Below are positions 55,701 to 64,000 of a DNA stretch of 64,000 nucleotides, piece by piece. The translations under genes and the position numbers were made by a program. The notes below the pieces were generated by a model. The model was not told the origin of the DNA. It searched no databases and worked only from the letters and a program-made list of their open reading frames with translations. Source of the stretch: Bugula neritina (lineage: Eukaryota; Animalia; Bryozoa); contig OZ037765.1 in NCBI GenBank assembly GCA_964035545.1, positions 6,768,698-6,832,697 of the forward strand, read 5' to 3'. Positions within the stretch are counted from its first letter, which is position 1; every line of letters starts with the position of its first letter.

Positions 55701-58700
55701 TTAATTTTCAATAATACTCAATGTCTACATTATGAGGTTCTATTGAGGCTATTGGGATCAGTCTATTGCATATTCATAGTGGTTTATACATCTTATGTAA
55801 AGTACTGTGATAGTCATGCTAGCATTGTTGCGAAATTCTTTTCACAAGTTGGTAAATGGCAAGTAAAGTTCATGCATTATCTATATTAGTATGCTAGTGA
55901 TACCATGTAACAGGCTGAGTTATATTCTCTTAGGCTATACTTTAGACTTTAGAGTACTCCAAAAAATATTTTTCTGTTTTCTGATAGCAAAATAATTTTA
56001 GTATTTGAATCAATGTTATATATAGACTAACAGTTGTTAAATATTTAACACTGCAGATGCACTTTGCTTATTCTCAACCAAACCCTACAGCAATTATATT
56101 CATTCATACATTATAAACCGTATTGAACTCATTTTACATTTGCTAGAAGAATTTATTTTGGTGCTTAGTAATATAGTTTTCCTCCAGCTGCTATGTTATA
56201 TTTATTGTATGCTTTTAGCTAGATATAGCTATAATGCTATTGGTAGTATGAAATTATCTTCTCGTACAACTAGTTTCTGTTGTAGCCTTTGGATAAAGAT
56301 TCTTTCAATGGCGCTTCTCCTGGTTACCGCATTTCCTATCAGTCCAAGTATAACAGCGTACCCCAGACTGCGTTTGTGGCTAACCCTGGTAGCCGGTTCT
56401 ACATACTCGGCAACCTGAATGCCCACACCACCTACACCGTGTACATACAGTCTGTGAACAGTGAGCACGTTAGCTCCAACAGCAACTCTGCCAACTCCAC
56501 CACAGTTGAATATGGTGAGACTTGTGTTGTGATAATATGTTAGGTTCTATCATCTGCTAGCACAAATATTTATACTTGCTGGGAATAATTAACTAACATT
56601 GCATTTTTCAAGCATCTTGAGTTGTAAACCTAAAGTATGCACATAGTAGTGTTTACAGTGAGCAATAGTAAACACATAAGTAGTACAAGTAAACACATAA
56701 GTAGTACAAGTAAACACATAAGTAGTATCGTGTCTTAAAATATGGTGGTACAGTTCTAAGAGAAAGGATGGCAATGAACTTGTGACTTCCATTCATTGAA
56801 ATGCCAAGGATTTCCGGCTGCTAGTGTATTAATAGTAGCTAACAAGTGAGTCCTGTGTAAAGCTCATGGTCTGACTATATAGTTTAGGAATGTAAAGTGA
56901 TGGAAATAGAAATGCTACAGCTAGAAATGGATGTCAGCCTTATATAAAATGTCAAAGTATTACAACTGTTACAGTATTTACAAGGTTCTAATTTTGTGAA
57001 TTTGGTTTGGTTTTAGTTCCAAGCAGGGCACCTGCCATCACAAGCTCAGTATCTCGCTCACTATCCCTTATAAACCTAGAGTGGGATGAAATAGAGCCCC
57101 AATATACGAATGGGTTAGCTCTAGGATACTATGTCTATTACAAAGTGCACGGAAGCTCTGATGAAGAGTCACGCCTTTCCGTGAGTGATCGAGTAATAGA
57201 CATAACGGGTCTCAGTGGCGCTACAGACTATGCTTTGCAGGTAAGATATAGAATGGGATGTGCAGGTAACTTCACACCTACAGTATGCAAGTGTGTCTGG
57301 GCTAATGACTACAACTACCTACTATTGCCTACTGCTTTAAATGCATTATTGATTTTGTTTATAATGTCTGTAGATGTGTGCACTAGTTTTACCATAAACA
57401 TAACGATGATTGAAAAGATATATTTCTATTTATGGTACATTTGGCTGCTATCTTATGACTGAAGGCATGTGTTTCAATTAAATGATGTGTAAGCTCCTTG
57501 CATTATATCATGTTCAATAGACTTTGCTGATATGAAAAGCTTAATAAAAAAGACAAGAGATAAAATGTTTGTTGAATATCTAATTCTAACAAATTTTATT
57601 CTACTACCAAATTTTTCAAGAATTTTTTGCTAAAAACACATTCGAATTTTAGTGCATTAGTTGGTGTATTTAGTTAATTTACTGTAAGTAAATGCAGTTA
57701 TTTGACTTTGAATATAGTAACTTATAATATGTTTGATTTGAGCCTTTTATGTTATGTATGTAGTAGCTGTAGTAGCTCATGTCAGTATGTTATGTATGTA
57801 GTAGCTGTAGTAGCTCATGTCAGTATGTTGTGCTATAACTGCTATGTTTAATCAGGTATCTGGCTACACTCGGATTGGGGAAGGGGTTCGGTCACAGCCC
57901 CACATAGTACGTACTAAATCTGGACCACCAGGTAGTCCAAGGTCTCTTTCTCTTCAGAGTATAACTCTCACATCGTTCTGGTTAACGTGGTTGCCTCCCC
58001 TGCACCCGAACTCAGATTCAGCACTTCAGTACAATATTGAGTACGTATAATACTCCATTGCCTGTAAGTCTCGTACTGAAAGATTTCAATGTTACATCTG
58101 TCTTGCCCTTTTGCAAAGGACTTATTGTATTATAGACATATTTTCGGAATTGAAGTCATTATAGTTGTTTACCTGCATCTTCCTCAATGCTTTAATATTT
58201 ACTGTTTATATAACTTTGGTCAGTATATACTATATAAGATGTAGTGTATCATATATTTTGTATATGGTAACACTAATACCATGTTAGGCAGAGAAAAATA
58301 AAGTCATTCACAATACATACACCTCCAGTTTATCTTACACCTTTACATTTATTTCTTAGTTGCCTATTTTATGGCTTTAGAGATTAGTACAGCTAGATTT
58401 CACCTCTAGTATTTATATTGCCTGCTGTAAGTTAACAGGTCATATAGATTCAATTAATACTAATTGTCCTGGGCACATTAAATTACAAGAACATTGCTAT
58501 TTCTGTGCTGTTATCTTACACATGCTTTACTCTCTTTGTAGATATGTTCAGACTGGGGACAGTACAAATTCGTTGAAGTTCTCCAATCACTCTAGCACTA
58601 GTATTTTTATTAAAGATCTGTCAGCTAGAACTGAGTACGTGTATTCAGTACAAGCTGTAAACAATATGGGAGCCAGTCAGCCTGAAAGACTTGTTTTTAC

Positions 58701-61700
58701 AACTTCTGATACAGCAGGCCATGGTTAGTTTTGAATTGTTATCTTCATTGCCAACTTCACAAACGTCTTTCACAACTCTTGGGTGCAAGGGTTAAGTTCT
58801 TTACTTTGCTTGGGTGTCGTAGTCTTTTTGGTTTGTCATTTTGGTTTTCCATACGACTGTCTTATTATGTAGTCTCGCACCTTCTCATACATAAATCATA
58901 ATTTTCTTAGAATTAGTACTTTTCAAGAAACTGCAATTTTGCACAAGTCTCACACCTAATCTACTTATTTTCAATCATCAATTAGTTTTTATATTTAGCC
59001 ACTACTTAAAAACACATGACTATGACTTATTCGAATTTAGTAGTTCTCCAATATCAAATAATTTAGGTTTTCTTTCTCTCTGCTTTGTCATTGGCCACAT
59101 CTTCAATAGTTGATTTAAGCGTTATATAATATTTTGTTCTGCAAGCTACCCTTTGCTAGCAGATTTGAGGGTGTAAACACGTTTCTTGTTGAGCAGAATA
59201 TCTTTCAAGTTACACTCACACTTTATTTTCATCTAGATGTTCCGGGTACACCAACAAACTTTGCCATTCGCTCATCACAGCCCACGTCCTTGACACTAGA
59301 GTGGAGTACTCCAGCTAGCACTGGCCTACCATTACGTAACTACACCATCTACTACAGAACTGATAACTCACCAGAAGTTGTGTTTGATGGCCTAGTACCT
59401 GGCAGCGTTCAACAGTTCACCTTACTGAATCTTAATGCATATACTAAATATTACCTGAAGTTAGCTGCTGTCAATGACCAAGGTAAGTCGACACAAAAGG
59501 TGTGTGCAGCCAGCAAAACTGATGTTTAAGAAATGAATTATTATGTAAAATTAGTTTATTGTAATAATCAATGTAAAATTAATTGTAAAAAATTGTAAAT
59601 TAATGTAAAAATATTATAACTTTCATACAGGTATAATTTCATGTCATGGTATACAGATTTTTTAGTTAACTCATCTTTTGTAATATTATTGTCACATAAA
59701 ATCAAGAAGTGTATTCTTTTGAAAATAAAGCTGTTGTTGGTTTTAAAATTAGGTGAATCTCGTGCTACGACTGAAGTTGAAGGTCAAACGCTCACGGATA
59801 CACCGTCTAGTGCACCCTCTGATCTTGAAGTTGTTCCTAAGACAGCTACTGCTTTGCACATCTCTTGGCTCTCAGCTGATCGCCCTGATTGGAATAGTGG
59901 GACAATCTACAACAGGATATGGTATGCTGGCTCATGTCTTTCAATCAAATTACTAATTGTTCAACTAAAATCTCTCAATCTTGTATATAAATTTATATTT
60001 TTGTTAATTTGATTTTAAACTACCGATTTCATAGGGGAATTGATATAAAATTTAACTTACTAGCTTACATTATATAACAGCATTGTCCTAATTTGTAACT
60101 GAAGTGGCTTATAAGTTGTGATAGAGTTAGAAATCAATGGCTATTTAGTTGCTGGATGTAATAGAAGTTTCGCACAGTGTGGTGCTATACAGCATTCCTT
60201 TTCAGGGTTGCTCTGCCAATATATAATGCTTCACTTCATGCTGCTTAGGTTGGTTTGAACTCTCATAGTGCGGTATAAATCTGAAAGTATACTTAAATCT
60301 AAAACACAGAAAATTTGCAAGCAGCCTTATTGTAATATTTAGCATATGGAGTTTCAAATTTTATCTAGGTACAAGATTTATAGCGCCGACGATGACCAGC
60401 CGGACTCAGGGTTTGCATACACAGACGTGTCATATCCTCAATCCACGGCCATGCTAACTGGTCTCACCGCCGGCAACTTGTACGAGATTAGAATGAGTAC
60501 CGGCAACTCGGAAGGTATTAGCGTCAAGTCTGAGCCGGTTATCATCTATGTTGGCGTTGCGGGTGAGTAGACTCTCAGGCTTTTGATGCAGTCATCATTT
60601 TTCTACTAGGAGTGTCCTTGTAATTGACATTATGTTGAAATATTTTTTCTACCACACTCTTTAAGGTATGATATTACCAGTAGCTATTATGGTTTAATGT
60701 TGACAGATTTGCTTAGTACTGTAAACAGAATTGCGGAACTAATACCAAGTTAAAGATATAGCTTTAGAACCTATCTATTGTAAAATAAATGTTTGTTGCA
60801 GTGCCTATAGGGACACCCTCTGAGATCAGCTCCTCTGTGGTTAGTGACCAGGAAGTCACTATCTCATGGAAACCTGTGACTGCAGAGGAAATAAATGGAC
60901 AGCTGCTGGGTTATAAGGTGAGTTCAGTTTACCACTTGGTCACAGTGCTTAGTCAGAAGGTGCCTGTTTACTTCCTTCTTCTTGGGCGACCATCTGACAG
61001 TTTAATAGAGATACATGCTGAAGAGATACGGAGTGAGGAGGATACAGAGGGGGTACGGAGTGAGGAGGATACAGAGGGGGTACATGTGGGACATAGATGT
61101 GGGAGATATGAAGTGAGGGAATATATCCTAGGTGCAATACACCTTACTGACTAAATTGCATGTATTACACTAGTATGTAACTAGTTTTAATTCTTTTGAA
61201 ACCAGTCCACAATTTAGTCTGGAAAATTTAGTTATGAAGTATCTTATTTCAATTGTCTACATATTCATCCCATTTTTCCTGGCGTTTAGTAGAACTCGAT
61301 GATTTTATTTGATAAGAAAAGACAAGGAAGTTACAAAATCATGTTCAATATATGTTATGGCCCTTTATATTATTCAGATATATTATGGTCCTATATATTA
61401 TTCGTATATATTATGGTTCTATATATTATTCAGATATATTATGAAGTAATCGGTGACCCAGTTGCTAGGAGAAAGAGAGCCGCATCTACAGTCAACTATG
61501 ATTTAGTTGGCCCTGAGAAGACCTCCCACACTCTCTCCAACCTTGAGATATACAAGCAGTATCAGATCAGTATTACAGCGTATAACATAGCCGGCGAAGG
61601 CCCTAAAAGTATCACCATTGAAGCAACTACAGACCAGGGGTGTAAGTAGAAGCCATACACCGTAAATACTGATATACCGGTGCTTCACTTATGTTGTTGT

Positions 61701-64000
61701 TAGCCTTTCTCTCAGAGGTTTTAAAATTTGTATTGCAGCTCCATATCTGTAAATTACTGCAGATGTAAAAACAATTTTTGTTAAAAATGTGTTGTTTCAA
61801 GCAAAAGTTCTTTAATAAATAATACGTAATAACTCCATCAATCTGTCAGTACTGCTGTTTATATATTGTAAGTAAATTGCAAGCTTATACATGATTGGCA
61901 ATCACACTAGGAATGTCAACTAGCTGTATATATATATATGTATATGTATCAACTGTCTCTCTTTAGACCCTGGTCCTGCCAGTAACCTCACCGTGTCAGA
62001 GTTGACCTTGACCTCTGTCAACATTACGTGGGACATGCCGTCGGAGCCTAATGGACATATACTGCGTTATCAAATTAAATATCATCCGCATGATGGTGAG
62101 TTGCAGCTGCTAGTTTCTTAAACATCACGTGATATGAGTACCACAGTCTAGCATTGAGACCTTAGCCTCAGAGCATGAGTAATGATTGTCATGAGAGATT
62201 AGTTTCTAGCTCACTAATGTCAGAGTATGTATTCAATACTGGCTACTTGATTGCTGGTAGATAAGGCACTAGAAAATTGTGCTATATGTCGTGAAATATC
62301 AAGTAACTGGTTGTTTTAACTTATCTAAATACTACAGCCCCTGCAGAGCTCATGGGTTTTCAAAGCTGCGGTAACAACACTGGTGCACCTCGTGAAAAAA
62401 GAGGTATTATATTACTGCTTGGCATGTAAACAAACAATGTGGAGTCAACGAGTTGTTTGAATGCATTTAGTGCATGCATTTACATCACATGAGTAGTTCA
62501 TAAGCAAACTGTATTGATAATATTGCTGTAGTAACAGATAATGATACTTTAACGTCAGCCAGTAGTGGAAGCCTATAATAATATGCAATATGAATAATGG
62601 GTGTGGTGTGTGAGTATGTTGTGATGTAATGTGTGCTGCCATAGTGTGTACACATGTGCGTTGTGTATATGTATTTGATGTGTATGTGTAAATGTAGCTG
62701 TACACGTAGGTGCAACTATATATGTGTGTAATTTATATATGTATGTATGTGGTAAATACATGTAGGTAATGTGTACATGTAGCTAATGTGTACATGTAGG
62801 TAATGTGTACATGTAGCTAATGTTACATGTAGGTAATGTGTACATGTAGGTAATGTGTACATGTAGGTAATGTGTACATGTAGGTAATGTGTACATGTAG
62901 GTAATGTGTACATGTAGCTAATGTGTACATGCCTGTAGTGAGCTATTGTAATGCAGTATTGCAAGTGAAAAAGTTGGCTGCTATTTTATGTTTCCTCCAT
63001 ATTTTTCTTAGCAATACCGGATGGTGAGTGTAGAACTGCTGCTGCTTTTATACATGTGGCTCTCTGGTGCTTCTTAACTATTAGCTTATTATTACTGTAT
63101 TCTATGTTATGTATATATATGTTATATTATGCTTGTTAAATTGGGATAGAATGGGTGCACAACTTCTGTGTTATGTTGGAAACTCTACTAGAATACATGT
63201 GCAGTGTTCCTACCCTGTCTCATTGTTATACGTTTGTTACTATTTGGCATGTTTGTGTATCACCAGATAACTTAGCATTCACTCTGCATAAAGATGTGTG
63301 CTGATATAGTTAGAAAAATCCTGCTATTAATAGATTATGCTACAAGATACTTTGTTGGGCATTTTATTTTTTTTCTCTAGCATAACATAATTAACACATG
63401 TTCAACATATTCAGTCTGAATCCTTTTATTATATAGGAAAGTGCTGGTCTTCAAAATTATTTATTAAAATATATGGATTGCATCCTTTTAAATTACTTTC
63501 TGTGGTTAGAAAGGTGCAACTAACTACTGCATGGCTACTAGAACTAACATTGACTACTTTCAATGTTTTTTATTCAATGACATTAATTTAAAAACTATGA
63601 ATTTTGAATAGAGATTGTGAGGAGTTCAAACTTACTGGCCTAATGGCTTTGCAATATAACTCAAAAGCAGTACCACCATATGCAAAAAACGTCCTCTATT
63701 TTGTATTATGAAAACTGATATGTCCAATTTTTTCTGATGTACTTTAATTTAAACTTTCTACACCCTTACACATCTAGCTTTGTAGTATAATATAACTTGA
63801 AGTCAGCTTTTTAATGTAACATTTTGTTGTCAATAGAAACAGGAGTTGTGGCCTCAACATCGATGTACGTCGCTCATCCAACTACATTCCTAGAGATTAG
63901 TAAAGTTGATCGCAACACCACATACAACATTACAGTGTGGGCTTACACTGTTAAGGGGGAAGGCACTCCATCCGACATCTCTTATACCACTGGACCCAAA
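34734..64000 (+). CDS. SDK: Sidekick-like immunoglobulin-superfamily adhesion receptor (signal peptide, 6 Ig, at least 12 FN3); 3' end beyond the window
   Basis: Phase-consistent exons: 34734-34815 (signal peptide), 35849-36021, 36264-36378, 36656-36976, 37470-37575, 37899-38092, 38269-38410, 43769-43906, 45324-45440, 45874-46044, 46928-47347, 47459-47623, 47833-48061, 48754-48950, 49453-49576, 50247-50425, 50683-50856, 54095-54278, 55219-55411, 56286-56514, 57017-57240, 57856-58040, 58542-58723, 59237-59482, 59753-59921, 60369-60562, 60802-60917, 61434-61641, 61967-62095, (63012-63023), 63837->64000. Six Ig domains then tandem FN3 repeats. The Cys-less Ig2 (RVQLTKSLQLIIL), Ig3 LELTCIVNARP, WQPPFNGN and PGFNGEAPI fit Sidekick (6 Ig + 13 FN3). 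Confidence 0.85.
38857..43666. mobile_element. Decayed Kolobok-like DNA transposon (about 4.8 kb) in a Sidekick intron
   Basis: TTAA on both sides (38853-38856, 43667-43670). Imperfect 24-bp TIRs start exactly at the TTAA: left ACATCGTAGGCATCCAGGTTATTT vs reverse complement of right AGGCGGTAAGCTTCCAGGTTATTT (18/24). CpG-rich subtermini with TGACGTG motifs. Internal P2X7-ballast/KolX-like pseudogene. Confidence 0.75.
40832..41432 (+). pseudogene. Frameshifted two-exon remnant of a P2X7 cytoplasmic-ballast-like (KolX-type) Zn-cluster protein
   Basis: Exon remnants 40832-41051 and 41247-41432 with AG/GT borders. Across frameshifts and stops they read EEWCK*KKFQ..EQSECCQSC..FVTDHPGV..RVLEVTYNSYLHHH and WFCSYRVLIFWLFPNLHRRQRKPPSACLYN*V..PPTDDG*QFAG. 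This follows the WCxCxxC..ExxCC..ITxHPGF..VL..AYRxFxxW..R..PxC..IR..FP..Y.G pattern of the family. Confidence 0.72.
50953..53743. mobile_element. Non-autonomous/decayed TIR DNA transposon (about 2.8 kb, 4-bp TSD; possibly Sola-like)
   Basis: TIR GGCCCATCTCAAAATATTTAGTACA (50953-) vs reverse complement of the right end GGCTCATCTCAAAATAATTAGTACA (-53743), 23/25 identical. Flanking direct repeat AAGT at 50949-50952 and 53744-53747. It fills most of the intron between Sidekick exons 50683-50856 and 54095-54278. Confidence 0.8.
54279..54770. repeat. 19-bp minisatellite GTATACTACACCCCTAGCT, roughly 25 copies with variants
   Basis: The tandem array begins at the GT donor of exon 54095-54278. Confidence 0.97.
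56667..56726. repeat. 21-bp tandem repeat, about 3 copies
   Basis: AGTAAACACATAAGTAGTACA repeated. Confidence 0.9.
57750..57830. repeat. Tandem duplication of about 38 bp
   Basis: ATGTTATGTATGTAGTAGCTGTAGTAGCTCATGTCAGT occurs twice, next to the acceptor at 57855. Confidence 0.85.
61026..61083. repeat. 27-bp purine-rich tandem duplication
   Basis: TACGGAGTGAGGAGGATACAGAGGGGG occurs twice. Confidence 0.9.
62756..62931. repeat. 17-bp minisatellite TGTAG(G/C)TAATGTGTACA, about 10 copies
   Basis: Directly visible tandem array upstream of the 12-nt microexon candidate. Confidence 0.95.

Noticed and set aside
62445-62964. Cluster of His/Thr/Tyr-rich minus-strand ORFs
   Set aside because: These are translations of TG-rich sequence and the 17-bp minisatellite.
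34734-64000. Dscam, L1 or receptor phosphatase identity, and Dscam-like mutually exclusive exon arrays
   Set aside because: Six Ig plus at least 12 consecutive FN3 with a Cys-less Ig2 fits Sidekick. The exons chain linearly with no duplicated alternative cassettes in the long introns.

Overview
AT-rich, intron-dense metazoan genomic DNA, probably an invertebrate. A lophotrochozoan origin is my guess from sequence style only. I traced four spliced protein-coding genes exon by exon using GT-AG sites and reading-frame phase. (1) Exportin-7 (XPO7/RanBP16) on the minus strand, ATG at 13393, running off the left edge. (2) and (3) A tandem pair of dihydropyrimidinase/CRMP-family paralogues on the plus strand with identical intron phases. 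The first (15582/16089-22665) has CRMP-like traits: the carbamylated metal-bridging Lys is replaced by Glu, the substrate loops are altered, and there is an alternative long N-terminal exon resembling vertebrate CRMP long isoforms. The second (25334-31492) is a canonical dihydropyrimidinase. The pair shows patchy near-identity that includes an intron, suggesting gene conversion. (4) A Sidekick-like Ig/FN3 adhesion receptor (6 Ig and at least 12 FN3) from about 34.3 kb, running off the right edge. Its introns hold a decayed 4.8-kb TTAA-flanked Kolobok-like transposon with a pseudogenised P2X7-ballast-like protein, and a 2.8-kb TIR element with a 4-bp TSD. Also present: a tRNA-derived SINE with TSD, several mini/microsatellites, candidate micro- and poison exons, and a recurrent hexamer-mosaic low-complexity tract beside each inferred promoter. 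All homology calls are from remembered sequences, not database searches.
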